Origin: Bacteroidia bacterium
GTDB lineage: Bacteria > Bacteroidota > Bacteroidia > NS11-12g > UBA9320
Direction of reading: 5' to 3'
Assembly: GCA_965216465.1 (NCBI GenBank)
Contig: CBDCFW010000005.1
Coordinates: forward strand, 384,001-448,000
Length of the DNA stretch: 64,000 nt
Shown one piece after another: positions 53,933 through 64,000 of this stretch. The position numbers were made by a program, and so were the translations under genes. Numbering within the stretch: the first letter of the stretch is position 1; every line of letters starts with the position of its first letter. The notes under the pieces were generated by a model. It was not told the DNA's origin, did no database searches, and was given only the letters and a program-made list of their open reading frames with translations.

Positions 53933-56900
53933 ATGTACAAAAACACCCAAAGATTCCTCGTACTAGGACTACTCTTATTTTCTTTCTCTTTTGCCCAAGC
54001 TCAAAAACTCACATACAAAATGATGATGTATGACATGAGTTACAACTTTTATGAAGTAGTTGAAGCTGCTGAAGAGTACTTCAAAGACAAACCAAAAGGC
54101 AAAGGAAGCGGATGGAAAGGCTACCAACGCTGGAAAAATGAAAACGAGAGCAAATACTACCCTACTGGGATCAGATCAAACATTGATCACTACCTTCCTC
54201 AACGTACTTATTCTACCTTAAAGGAGGAATACAATCGATACCATTTTAAAACTTCTTTTGATAACGGCTGGGTTGAATTAGGTCCATGGGAAACAGGAAC
54301 AATCACTAGGCACTACAGTTCTGGACTCGGTAGAGTTGAAACTTTTTATGTAGACCCTGCTGATTCAAACAGAATATTTCTAGGCTCTAGAAGTGGTGGA
54401 TTTTGGAAAACTGATGATGGAGGAAGTACATGGACAAATACAACCGATTTCTTAGAAGCTTCAGGTGTAGAAACCATTGCTGTGAACCCAAATAACACTG
54501 ACGAAGTTCTGATTAGTGTTCAACATGGAGGAAACGGATACACCTATGGGATTTACCGATCTACTGATGGTGGAGAAACTTGGTCGAAAACCAATTTTGA
54601 ACCCACCAACTTAAATTGGGGTGGACTAGGTGATAATGAACGCATTTATAAAATGGCCTATCACCCATTAATCGAAAATCGCATATATGTTGGTACCACC
54701 AAAGGATTATTCGTTTCTGACGACAACCTCGATACATGGACCAATACCATGGGAAGCTGGATTCGTGATATTGAATTTCATCCAACTTCAAGCAATGTAG
54801 TGTATGTATATCGCTATACCTCTGGCGATGCCAATCGAGTAAAAATTAGTACAGACACGGGTTATACCTTTGTTAATTCAATATCGTTGACGGATAACAA
54901 CAATGCACGTGCGTTTTTATCAACTACACCAGTTGAACCTGATCATCTGTATTTCGCTTCGACAAACGGAGTTTGGAAGTCAAGAGATCGAGGTACAACT
55001 TTTGAATTCCTAGCTAATCCAGAAGAATCTTGCCAAGCATTTGCAATATCTGACTTAGATACTGCAATTATGATGTACGGCTATGTCGACATGGAATTTA
55101 GTGATAATGGTGGACTAAGTTTTGAGCAAATCACTAACTGGTATGCTCCCGTTCCACATGACCAATATATTCACGCAGATCTAAGAGCAATGGAGTGCCT
55201 TAATGGCGTTTTCTACGCAGGAACGGATGGCTATTTAGTAAAATCATACAACAATGGAGAAACATGGCACCGTTTGAATGAAGGGACTGCAATTCGTGAG
55301 TTTTATGCAGCGGGTTTATCGCAATCAAATCATAAGGTTCATATGGCAGGTTCGCAAGACAATGGTACAAGCATCTTGAACAATGACGGTTGGATTGAGT
55401 GGAATGGTGGAGATGGTATGGAAGCTATAATCCAACCACTTAATGAAGATATAATGTTAGGAAGCTGGCAATATGGTTCACGTAATTTTACGAACGACGG
55501 AGGAATCACGCGTAGAGCTGTAGGCAATCCTTCAAGTGGTCAAGGTAAAGCAGCATGGGAGGCTCCTTTGCTTATGAATCCACTCAAACAGATGGAAGTA
55601 TATCACTTTAGCGACAAAATGTACACGAGTGAAGACTTCGGTCAAACTTGGAGATTGACTGGCAGTCCGCAAATTGGTTTGATTACAGAAGCAGCAATAG
55701 CAGAAAACAATGGTGACATTATAGCCGTATCTCGTGGAGGAAATCTACAACTTACAACTGATGGCGGTGCCAATTGGACTAACAGATCTGGTCTACTTCC
55801 AGGCAATACAATTACCGACATTGCATTTGATCCCAACGATGACAATACGATGTATGTAACCTATAACTTCTATGGAGACGACGGTAAAAAAATATACGTA
55901 ACATATAACCAAGGTCAAACTTGGGAAAACATCACTTACAATTTAGGTAATATGCCGCTCAGAACGGTTGTTGTTGACCACAGCGATTCGTCTTATATCT
56001 ACGTTGGTGGTGAGGTAGGTGTGTACTACAAAAGTAAAAATGGCAAAACTTGGACGCTTTACGACGAAAACATGCCTACAGTTACCGTGAAAGATTTAGA
56101 AATTCATTACGGAAGCAACTCCATTAAAGCGGTTACTTGGGGTCGTGGGCTATGGGAGTACACCTTAGTAGGAAGAAATGATTATCCTTCGATAAACACA
56201 ACAAACATTACACACCCAGTTGACGAAGAAAATCCGAAGTATAGCACTTCTCAGTTTGTAACTGCTTCCATCATTTACGATGACAACCTAACTAATGTTT
56301 ATACAATCTGGTCGTTGAATAATACAAACTTAAGCGACACCATTCCAATGAATTATATTGGTTCAGATGAATGGATTACACGAAGTGCGTTCCCTAATCT
56401 TCAAGAAGGTGACAATGTTTATTTTAAGGTTATTGCTGAAGGAACTGGCAACGAAGTTTCTGAGTCTTATCGATTCCAATTTGAGGTTAAAGAATTTGAG
56501 TACTGTTTTGCCCTAGGATCAACGAATACAACTTCTGACTACATCACAAGAGTTCAGTTGGAGGACATCGATAACGAATCAAATCAAGACTTTTACGCCA
56601 GCAACATACTTCAAGAAACCGATTTAGTATCAGGAGAAGAATACGAGCTTACAATTACAATGAACTATTCATTTACTGAAGACACAGTAGCTGCTTGGAT
56701 CGACTTTAACAATGATGCCAATTTCAGTACCGATGAGCATATTATTATGTCAGCTATTGATGAACAGCATGTTAGTACCGGAAAATTCACTGTACCGTTA
56801 GATGCTGTTTCTAACACTAAACTAAGAATGAGAACACGCTCGCAATACAACTCACTACCTAATCCCTGTGATGAATTTGCAGGAGAAGTAGAAGACTATA

Positions 56901-57181
56901 CCGTTATTGTTCGTGAAAGTGGTAACACACACGAACTTAATAAGGAAATTAAGTTTGATCTTTCGCCCAATCCAAGTTCAGGAAGTTTTGAAATAGCTCT
57001 ATTTGAAGATTACGATGAAGTTTCAATCAACGTATATGACCTTCAAGGCAAGCTGGTTCATCAATCAGCATACAATCACCAATTAAAAATTGGATTGGAC
57101 CTTAATTTATCATCAGGAACTTACATCGTTGACATTAAGGCTGATCATGCTCAGGGGCAAAAGAAACTGATTGTTAACTAA
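53933..57181 (+). CDS. VPS10/BNR (Asp-box) beta-propeller protein with GEVED domain and T9SS CTD
   Basis: Repeated SxDGGxTW Asp boxes, HAD and GSQDNG motifs, AWIDFNND...GEVEDY, and LSPNPS...GTYIV CTD. Confidence 0.85.
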   Translation: MYKNTQRFLVLGLLLFSFSFAQAQKLTYKMMMYDMSYNFYEVVEAAEEYFKDKPKGKGSGWKGYQRWKNENESKYYPTGIRSNIDHYLPQRTYSTLKEEYNRYHFKTSFDNGWVELGPWETGTITRHYSSGLGRVETFYVDPADSNRIFLGSRSGGFWKTDDGGSTWTNTTDFLEASGVETIAVNPNNTDEVLISVQHGGNGYTYGIYRSTDGGETWSKTNFEPTNLNWGGLGDNERIYKMAYHPLIENRIYVGTTKGLFVSDDNLDTWTNTMGSWIRDIEFHPTSSNVVYVYRYTSGDANRVKISTDTGYTFVNSISLTDNNNARAFLSTTPVEPDHLYFASTNGVWKSRDRGTTFEFLANPEESCQAFAISDLDTAIMMYGYVDMEFSDNGGLSFEQITNWYAPVPHDQYIHADLRAMECLNGVFYAGTDGYLVKSYNNGETWHRLNEGTAIREFYAAGLSQSNHKVHMAGSQDNGTSILNNDGWIEWNGGDGMEAIIQPLNEDIMLGSWQYGSRNFTNDGGITRRAVGNPSSGQGKAAWEAPLLMNPLKQMEVYHFSDKMYTSEDFGQTWRLTGSPQIGLITEAAIAENNGDIIAVSRGGNLQLTTDGGANWTNRSGLLPGNTITDIAFDPNDDNTMYVTYNFYGDDGKKIYVTYNQGQTWENITYNLGNMPLRTVVVDHSDSSYIYVGGEVGVYYKSKNGKTWTLYDENMPTVTVKDLEIHYGSNSIKAVTWGRGLWEYTLVGRNDYPSINTTNITHPVDEENPKYSTSQFVTASIIYDDNLTNVYTIWSLNNTNLSDTIPMNYIGSDEWITRSAFPNLQEGDNVYFKVIAEGTGNEVSESYRFQFEVKEFEYCFALGSTNTTSDYITRVQLEDIDNESNQDFYASNILQETDLVSGEEYELTITMNYSFTEDTVAAWIDFNNDANFSTDEHIIMSAIDEQHVSTGKFTVPLDAVSNTKLRMRTRSQYNSLPNPCDEFAGEVEDYTVIVRESGNTHELNKEIKFDLSPNPSSGSFEIALFEDYDEVSINVYDLQGKLVHQSAYNHQLKIGLDLNLSSGTYIVDIKADHAQGQKKLIVN

Positions 57182-57905
57182 TTCTTTTTAGAACAACATC
57201 ATAAAATCCAGTAGGATGTAAACAAAGGTGAGTCATTTGAAATTTGCCTTGTTCTAATAGCTCAAATACCGCACGAGGTACTCCGTACGACACTAAATTA
57301 TGGGCATCGAAATGGGTAAAATCGTTACACTGAATAATACCACCAACCTTCACCTTTTGTGAAGCAGTACTCAGGTCTTTTTTTACGCTAGAATACTTGT
57401 GATCGGCATCGATGTATATGTAGTCTAAAAAATCATCTGAAACTTGGGCTAGGCATTCCCACGAATTTCCCGTCATGATCTCCAAATGTGTTTGGCCTAA
57501 ATTTGATGCTACTTGTTTTTCAAAGTATTCTTTGTGGCTAAGCTTTGTTTTAGTCAGCGGCTCTCCCCATTTTCCATTTGGTGAAACGTTAAACAAATCA
57601 ATCGCGACAAAACTTTCTGGCTCAAGCATTTTCAAGATTTCATTTGAAAAGTCTCCAAACCCCACTCCTACTTCAGCTACTTTAGATCGCTTGCCAACTT
57701 CTTTTAGTACTGCTGATCGGTCAGCGAATAGTTTGACACCATCGAGCCACTTTTGCTGAATTTGAGGAGTAGCTGTTTCGTTAAATTTAGATTCGAAGCT
57801 TTCTGTATGAATCAATCGGTAGCCTCTTTCCAACATCCAAGATTTTATTTTCTTCTTTATACTCAAACTAAATGGTCTAGATTCTGTACACTTGATTGAG
57901 GCCAA
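57174..57905 (-). CDS. Class I SAM-dependent methyltransferase (Methyltransf_24-like); true start probably downstream of 57905
   Basis: AEVGVGFGDFS, DYIYIDADH.Y and VKVGGII..ND motifs. Confidence 0.8.
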   Translation of the reverse strand: MASIKCTESRPFSLSIKKKIKSWMLERGYRLIHTESFESKFNETATPQIQQKWLDGVKLFADRSAVLKEVGKRSKVAEVGVGFGDFSNEILKMLEPESFVAIDLFNVSPNGKWGEPLTKTKLSHKEYFEKQVASNLGQTHLEIMTGNSWECLAQVSDDFLDYIYIDADHKYSSVKKDLSTASQKVKVGGIIQCNDFTHFDAHNLVSYGVPRAVFELLEQGKFQMTHLCLHPTGFYDVVLKRIS

Positions 57906-57950
57906 AGTTAAGCTTCTGAGTAATTTATCTGATATTTGCTCATTGATTTT

Positions 57951-58823
57951 ATGGGCTTTAGAAAAATTCTAGTTGTAGCAAATTCTTATGCATGTGGAGG
58001 GAAGGCCACTGAAGTTCTCAATAAATACATAAGCTTTTTAAAGGCAAATGACATTTCGTATTACTCCTACTTAACAACTCCTAAGAATAATGTTCAGAAC
58101 ATTCAAAAATTGATAGAAGTTGAGAAGTGTGATCTTGTGAGCATTCTTGGAGGAGACGGTACAATCAACATTGCCATAAACTGCTTGCCCAATTTAGACA
58201 TGAAGGTGCACATTATTCCTGCAGGAACTGGAAATGATCTTGCCAAAATGGTGTACCCTAATGGATTTGAACTTAGTGATGTATTCAATCTGGTTTTAAA
58301 TGACAACCCAAAGTTTACGCAAGCCGATGTTTGGATGTGCAATAAACGAAGATTCGCCAATGGTTTTGGGGCTGGCTTCGATGGAGAAGTTGCCCATCGA
58401 ACAATAAATAAGAAATACATCATCTCCAACAGGCTTAAGTATTGGTTTGAAATCTTCAGGTTGATTTTCACATATCGAAATCGAGACATTAAAATTAACG
58501 GCGAAAAACTATCCTGTTTTATGATTGCCGCAGCTAACGGAAACGTGTATGGTGGCAACTTCAAAATTGCTCCTAAAGCACAAATTAACGATCAGCTTTT
58601 AGACCTGATTAATATCTCCCGTGCTTCTGTCTTTAAGCGGTTGAGGTATCTTCCTCAAGTTCAAAAAGGCAAACACCTTAACCTACCAGTAATTAACTAT
58701 AGCCAGCAAGACCACCTGGTAATTTCCTGTAATTCAAAATTAGCTGCTCATGTTGATGGTGAGCCTATTTTAGATTCTATTTACCACATCAATTTCGATG
58801 GTAAACTAAACGTTTTGGTTTAG
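57951..58823 (+). CDS. Diacylglycerol/lipid kinase family protein (YegS/DgkB-like)
   Basis: GGDGT, IPAGTGNDLA, GAGFDG, YGGNFKIAP and HVDGE motifs. Confidence 0.88.
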   Translation: MGFRKILVVANSYACGGKATEVLNKYISFLKANDISYYSYLTTPKNNVQNIQKLIEVEKCDLVSILGGDGTINIAINCLPNLDMKVHIIPAGTGNDLAKMVYPNGFELSDVFNLVLNDNPKFTQADVWMCNKRRFANGFGAGFDGEVAHRTINKKYIISNRLKYWFEIFRLIFTYRNRDIKINGEKLSCFMIAAANGNVYGGNFKIAPKAQINDQLLDLINISRASVFKRLRYLPQVQKGKHLNLPVINYSQQDHLVISCNSKLAAHVDGEPILDSIYHINFDGKLNVLV

Positions 58824-59620
58824 CTCTTCAGTTTTCTCCAGCGCATCCAGAAAAACGAACAAGCTGCAATAATCAGCAGCGCAATGAATTGTGAATGTGA
58901 AAGCGCTCCTCCAAATAAGAATCCTCGTGCTTCATCACCTCTGTAAATTTCGACAATGCTCCTACCCACACCATACATTATGAGGTAGATTAAAAATAAT
59001 TGTCCAGCAAACTGTTGTTTCTTTCTTACAAGAAGCACAGTAATTAAGATGATCATGTTAACCAAAATGTCGAACAGTTGCGTTGGGTACAACGGAGTAT
59101 TTAGCGGTTCAGCCAGGCTGTCGGGATGTGTAAATGTAACGCCTAGCCATGAGTCACAAGCCTTGCCATGGCAACAACCTGCCATAAAACAACCTATCCT
59201 ACCAAAGGAGTGAATTATCGGTCCTACAATAGCCAAAACATCAAAAAAAGGCCGAATTGGAACCTTTTCTTTTTTAAGCCAAAAGTATATCGTAGGGATG
59301 GCAAAAATCAAAGAACCATAAAAGACAAATCCACCTCCAACAACCTTCCCCATTAAACTAGGATCATTAATGTATCGATCCGTATCCTCTAAGTAAAAGA
59401 ACAACTTGCCTCCAACAAAAGCAGCAACAATAACCCAAAGAAATAAACTCGAAAGTTTATCCGCGGTCATTCCAAACTTCTTGGTTAACCTCAAAGCCAC
59501 AATAAATGAAACTATTATACCTATGGCAATAAGTAGACCATAACTATATAGCGAAATTTCGGCGGGTAAAAACCCTTGCATGCCTTGCGGAATTTTGATG
59601 GTGATGAGCTTTGGAAACAT
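58820..59620 (-). CDS. lgt: Prolipoprotein diacylglyceryl transferase (Cys-containing subtype)
   Basis: YSYGLL, GGFVFYG, GRIGCFMAGCCHG, PTQL and RSIVEIYRGD motifs. Confidence 0.85.
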   Translation of the reverse strand: MFPKLITIKIPQGMQGFLPAEISLYSYGLLIAIGIIVSFIVALRLTKKFGMTADKLSSLFLWVIVAAFVGGKLFFYLEDTDRYINDPSLMGKVVGGGFVFYGSLIFAIPTIYFWLKKEKVPIRPFFDVLAIVGPIIHSFGRIGCFMAGCCHGKACDSWLGVTFTHPDSLAEPLNTPLYPTQLFDILVNMIILITVLLVRKKQQFAGQLFLIYLIMYGVGRSIVEIYRGDEARGFLFGGALSHSQFIALLIIAACSFFWMRWRKLKS

Positions 59621-59649
59621 ATCGGACCAAAAATAGCAATTAAATTAGG

Positions 59650-60777
59650 TTAAGCATCCTCTAAATAAGCCTTGTTATAGGTCCTCCCCTTCCATACACT
59701 TTTAACAGGCAAAAAGTAGAAAATACCTGTAAATAAGGTGTTTAATATCACATAAACCTCATAAAACATTAAATTCAAAAAGCTAAATGGACGTCGATTG
59801 ACCTTCAAACACAAGAAAAAAATGAATATACTTTGACTTAGCATTTTTAGGAGCCACGTGTACATTGCCAACTCTGGATCAACTAAAAACAAGGCTATCA
59901 GTACTGGGATAAAAAGCCCATAAAGAATAATCATTGATTTCCAGTTAAGTGGAAGTTCGCGAGCTCCAATTAGCCATCGCTTGCGTTGATGAAGCATCTC
60001 TTTAATACTGGGAATATACCAAGCCAAGCCTAAGCTATCTTCACTCATACCTGTTCTCCAATCCCAGCCTCGAGAAGTAACTTCCTTAAAAAGTTTATAA
60101 TCCTCTGTGATAGAGAAGTCAATGTTCTCATAGCCCCCCGTTTCCCAATAGGCATCGGCCTTAACCGCCATATTATTGCCCACACTCGTACATCCAATTC
60201 GAACATTAGCAAAGGCTTTGATATACCCCATAAAGTGCAACCAATCTATTGCCTGCAAGGTGGCAAAGAATGATCCTCTTTCACATTTCGTTGTTCCTGA
60301 AACTATTCCCACTCCATCCTCAAAGTTTTGAAGATGAGCATGAATCCAATTTTCGGGTAGTTTCACATCAACATCGGTAATATAAAAATATGCTCCAGTG
60401 GCTTGATGTGCTAAGTGTGCTAGAACGTTGGCCTTCCCTCTGCCCTTTCCGAGGTTAGATGTAATTTGAACAAGCTCAAACTCTGGCTTGTCTTTGATAA
60501 ATTCTTGAACAATATCAGCAGTTCTATCGGTGCTAGCATCATTACCAATCAAAACCTGAATTTTATCTTTGGGGTAATTGAGCTCGTCAATAGATCGCAT
60601 CGACCGTTCAATTAATTTCTCTTCGTTACGTGCTGCTAGCAATATTGAAACCTTTGGAAGGTCTTCACCGATTTTCAATACGTCATTCTTATGTTGAACG
60701 ATTGACCAAATCGAAAAAATTTGAATGCCATAAAACACCAAACAAACAATGGCTATTAATACCGCAACAACTATCAC
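59650..60777 (-). CDS. Family 2 glycosyltransferase, membrane-bound
   Basis: ARNEE, NDASTD, TDVD, TED and QRKRW motifs (D,D,D,QxxRW pattern). Confidence 0.88.
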   Translation of the reverse strand: MIVVAVLIAIVCLVFYGIQIFSIWSIVQHKNDVLKIGEDLPKVSILLAARNEEKLIERSMRSIDELNYPKDKIQVLIGNDASTDRTADIVQEFIKDKPEFELVQITSNLGKGRGKANVLAHLAHQATGAYFYITDVDVKLPENWIHAHLQNFEDGVGIVSGTTKCERGSFFATLQAIDWLHFMGYIKAFANVRIGCTSVGNNMAVKADAYWETGGYENIDFSITEDYKLFKEVTSRGWDWRTGMSEDSLGLAWYIPSIKEMLHQRKRWLIGARELPLNWKSMIILYGLFIPVLIALFLVDPELAMYTWLLKMLSQSIFIFFLCLKVNRRPFSFLNLMFYEVYVILNTLFTGIFYFLPVKSVWKGRTYNKAYLEDA

Positions 60778-61385
60778 AATGCTTTCATTTCAAATCCTTG
60801 ATCCCTAACAAACCGCAGGTAGTTAGGCAACATCATCTTTAAATTCTTTTCCGCTTTTTCAGAGTCATGAAAAACAACAATCGTACCTTCATTGGTCTTT
60901 CGTTTCATGCGATTTAGTGATTTGTTTGTGTCTAGTCTTGGTTTATAATCCAACGATAGAAGATCCCACATTACAATGTCGTATTGCGTTAAATCTGAGA
61001 TAGCATTGAAGTTTATTCTTCCATAAGGAGGCCGAAATAGGCGTTCTTCTTTTATCTCTTCTTTACAAGCTTCAATCTCTTTCAAGTACTCCTCCTTTGC
61101 CATGCCCCATCCTTTAGCGTGGTGCTGGGTATGATTACCAATGGAATGCCCCCTTTCCTTGATTTCTTGAATTACATCTGGATATTTTCTCACATTGTCT
61201 CCAACCACAAAAAAGGTCGCTTTGGCATTTACTTTATCTAACTCATTTAGAACCCAAGGAGTTATTAATGGATGAGGTCCATCGTCGAACGTGACATATA
61301 TGCTCCGTTCTTCCCTAGACTTGTTCCAAACCAGTTGAGGCAACATCAGTTTATTAATGGAATTCCAAAATTTCAAGACATGCAA
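60774..61385 (-). CDS. Polysaccharide deacetylase (NodB/CE4)
   Basis: TFDDGP, GNHTQHH, FRPPYG and IVVFHD motifs. Confidence 0.9.
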   Translation of the reverse strand: MHVLKFWNSINKLMLPQLVWNKSREERSIYVTFDDGPHPLITPWVLNELDKVNAKATFFVVGDNVRKYPDVIQEIKERGHSIGNHTQHHAKGWGMAKEEYLKEIEACKEEIKEERLFRPPYGRINFNAISDLTQYDIVMWDLLSLDYKPRLDTNKSLNRMKRKTNEGTIVVFHDSEKAEKNLKMMLPNYLRFVRDQGFEMKAL

Positions 61386-61479
61386 ATCTACTCAATCAAT
61401 AATAATAGCAGATTAATCGATGGATGAATTTAAGTTCTTGAGCTGATGTTAATTTTGAGAACTATTCTTTATCGAATTT

Positions 61480-62892
61480 ATGCGCACATTTCTTTTAATC
61501 TTCTCAGCTCTGCTTCTTTCTTGGACTCAAGCCCAAACAACAGAAAAATGGTCTTTGCAAAAGTGCATTGAATATGCTCACCAAAACAATACGGTCATTG
61601 CTCAAAGCCAAATTCAAGGAGAGATCATTAATAACAACCTCACCCAGGCTAAATTAAGTCGCTTACCAAACTTAAACGGCAGTGGCAATCACAATTACAA
61701 TACAGGACGTACAATCGATCCTTTCACTAATACGTTTAACAGCACTACAATTCAGTCGAACAGCTTCTCGCTTTCGAGTGGGGTGTTAATCTACGGTGGA
61801 AATCAGATTAACAACACCATCAAGCAAACGCGAGTAGCTCAACAAGCAAATTATCAAGGAATTGAAGTTGCTCAAAATCAAATTGCTCTGCAGGTTGCTT
61901 CAACCTACCTTCAAATAATTCAAGCGGAAGAAAATTTAAAAGTAGCGGAATCTCAGGTTGAGTTAACACAAAGTCAACTTGAACAAGCAGAAAAGAGATA
62001 CGAGAGTGGAGCTTCAAATCAAGGAATGGTTTTGAATATGAGAGCGCAATTGGCTAACGACAAGGTTCAAGTGGTCAATATGCAAAACCAAATACAAATG
62101 GCGTACAATGCCATGCTAAACTTATTGCAGATTCAAAATGACACTCCTTTTGAAATTGAGTTGATTCAGCTAGCTGAACTTCCAACAATGCCAATAGAAA
62201 GCGTTTCGGATTTATATACGATGGCTTTAAGTAATCTTCCTGAAATTCGGCAAGCTGAACTTGGCATCGAGCAAAGTAAACTTGGAGAAAAAATTGCTTC
62301 GGCAAGTTTACAACCAACCCTATCTGCCTATGGTAATGTTAATTCTGTTTACTCAGAAAGTGGTTTCGAACAACGCTTGGTTGGAACAGATATAGTGCCA
62401 ATAGGAATAACAGAAACCTCGAACGAAGTTGTTTTAGGACAATTTCCTAAATATGAGCTAGAGACTAAGTCTTTTGGAACACAACTTTCAGACAACCTTG
62501 GTCAGTCTGTAGGGTTATCGGTTCAAGTTCCAATTTTTAATGGATACCGTAATAAAACATCAGTTGAAAACGCAAAGCTCAATACACAAATTAGCGAGCT
62601 AAACTTACAAAACAGTAAAAATCAGTTGCGTAACGACATCACCACGGCATATACCAATCTTAAAGCTGCTAAAAGTCGATATGATGCTTCACTACTTAAT
62701 GCTGAAGCTCAGCTCACTAATTACGAATACAACCAAAAACGATTTGAAGCAGGTTTAGTAAACAGCTACGATCTTTTAAATGCCAAGAATCTCTGGTTCC
62801 AGGCCGAGGTTCAAAAAACAAATGCCAAATACGAATACATATTTAGAAATCTCATAATTGAATTTTATAAAGGAAACGAACTAAAACTATAA
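61480..62892 (+). CDS. TolC-family outer-membrane efflux protein
   Basis: WSLQKCIEYA..NN start, two OEP helical repeats, VPIFNG. Confidence 0.9.
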   Translation: MRTFLLIFSALLLSWTQAQTTEKWSLQKCIEYAHQNNTVIAQSQIQGEIINNNLTQAKLSRLPNLNGSGNHNYNTGRTIDPFTNTFNSTTIQSNSFSLSSGVLIYGGNQINNTIKQTRVAQQANYQGIEVAQNQIALQVASTYLQIIQAEENLKVAESQVELTQSQLEQAEKRYESGASNQGMVLNMRAQLANDKVQVVNMQNQIQMAYNAMLNLLQIQNDTPFEIELIQLAELPTMPIESVSDLYTMALSNLPEIRQAELGIEQSKLGEKIASASLQPTLSAYGNVNSVYSESGFEQRLVGTDIVPIGITETSNEVVLGQFPKYELETKSFGTQLSDNLGQSVGLSVQVPIFNGYRNKTSVENAKLNTQISELNLQNSKNQLRNDITTAYTNLKAAKSRYDASLLNAEAQLTNYEYNQKRFEAGLVNSYDLLNAKNLWFQAEVQKTNAKYEYIFRNLIIEFYKGNELKL

Positions 62893-62899
62893 GCTAGCG

Positions 62900-64000
62900 A
62901 TGAATAAAAAAACGATAATATGGGCTGCAGTTATTCTTGTCGTAATAGTTGGAGCAATCATGATAGGTAAGTCGAAAGATAGAGGCGTTATTCAAGTCTC
63001 TATAGATCAAATGACGAACCGCACCATAGTTTCAACAGTAACGGCAAATGGTAAAATCAGACCTGAAGCCGAAGTAAAAATAAGTGCCGATGTCTCAGGA
63101 GAAATTATTGAACTGAATGTTCAAGAAGGAGATACAGTTCAAGAGGGGCAACTGTTACTGAAAATTAACCCAGATTTGTACATCACTGCACGTGATAGAG
63201 CATTGGCGGGATTAAGCAGTTCGCAATCATCCTATAAATCAACCCAAGCCGTACTTACCCAGGCCGAAGCTAGATTTAGTGAACAAGAAGCGGCTTTTAA
63301 ACGCTCTAAGCAGTTGAAAGAAGACAACGTAATTAGTCAAGCTGAATTTGATGCCGCTAAGGCAGCGTACTTAGTAGCACAAAGCGAAGTAAAGGCAGCA
63401 AATGAACGTTTAGCTTCAGCAAAGTATGGGATTGACAATTCGTTGGCAACGCTCAATGAAGCAAACAAAAATCTTGGCCGAACTAGCATATACTCACCTA
63501 CAGACGGTGTAGTTTCTGCGTTGAATAATGAAAAAGGTGAACGCGTTGTGGGTACCGCTCAAATGGCTGGGACTGAAATCATGACCATCTCTAATTTCAA
63601 CAATATGGAAGTTATTGTTGATGTAAATGAGAACGACATCCTCGAAATAGAAGATAGCGATACGGTAGAGATTGAAATCGATGCGTATAACGATAGAGTG
63701 TTCACTGGAATCGTAACCGAAAGAGCAACTTCAGCAAACAACATATCTGGTATTGCAGCAAGCACTGACCAAGTAACGAATTTTGAGGTAAAAATTAGAA
63801 TCCTAAAAAGTAGTTACGGAGACCTATTAGCTAAAATGGAAACGCCATTTCTTCCTGGAATGAGTGCAAGTGTTGAAATTAGAACAGAAGTTAAAGAAAA
63901 CATCAATTGCCTGCCTATTGAAGCTGTTGGAACAAGAATAAGAGAACAAGACTCTACATCATCTGATGAAAAATTAGATGAAGTTGTATTTAGTATTGAT
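62900..64000 (+). CDS. Efflux periplasmic adaptor subunit (HlyD/MacA-like), runs off the window
   Basis: Manual translation gives MNKKTIIWAAVILVVIVG...VTANGKIRPEAEVKISADVSGEIIELNVQEGDTV...IYSPTDGVV...GERVVGTAQMAGTEIM. Confidence 0.9.
   Translation, partial: MNKKTIIWAAVILVVIVGAIMIGKSKDRGVIQVSIDQMTNRTIVSTVTANGKIRPEAEVKISADVSGEIIELNVQEGDTVQEGQLLLKINPDLYITARDRALAGLSSSQSSYKSTQAVLTQAEARFSEQEAAFKRSKQLKEDNVISQAEFDAAKAAYLVAQSEVKAANERLASAKYGIDNSLATLNEANKNLGRTSIYSPTDGVVSALNNEKGERVVGTAQMAGTEIMTISNFNNMEVIVDVNENDILEIEDSDTVEIEIDAYNDRVFTGIVTERATSANNISGIAASTDQVTNFEVKIRILKSSYGDLLAKMETPFLPGMSASVEIRTEVKENINCLPIEAVGTRIREQDSTSSDEKLDEVVFSID

Noticed and set aside
17656-58823. Convergent stop-codon overlaps (17656-63, 25059-62, 57174-81, 58820-23)
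   Set aside because: These are common in compact AT-rich genomes and imply no special mechanism.

Overview
This 64 kb window is chromosomal DNA from a Bacteroidota bacterium, shown by its T9SS components and cargo, GldM, TAnnTTTG promoters and 16S sequence. It contains porZ (partial), lipA, a complete rRNA operon (16S-tRNA-Ile-tRNA-Ala-23S-5S, minus strand), purH, an Omp85-family protein, rocD and miaB. A mevalonate/isoprenoid gene run (fni, HMG-CoA reductase, GYDIA kinase, mvaD, mevalonate kinase, UbiA prenyltransferase) is split by about 6 kb of small envelope genes. Further right lie a LytS/LytTR two-component pair, peptidases, an orphan gldM paralog, lgt, GT2 and deacetylase genes, and a TolC/MFP efflux start. 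No CRISPR array, integrase or transposase is visible. The best novel candidate is an unannotated ~147-nt structured RNA (about 41191-41337) directly downstream of the LytTR regulator. It has a consensus LytTR direct repeat, its own promoter and terminator, and repeated AACCCC hairpin loops; a related C-rich motif sits in the leader of the orphan gldM. Other notable signals are a displaced duplicate of the HMG-CoA reductase 3' end inside the inserted gene array, a 93-bp tandem array of rRNA promoter+boxA units, and many apparently leaderless genes. All functional calls come from reading the sequence by eye, without database searches.
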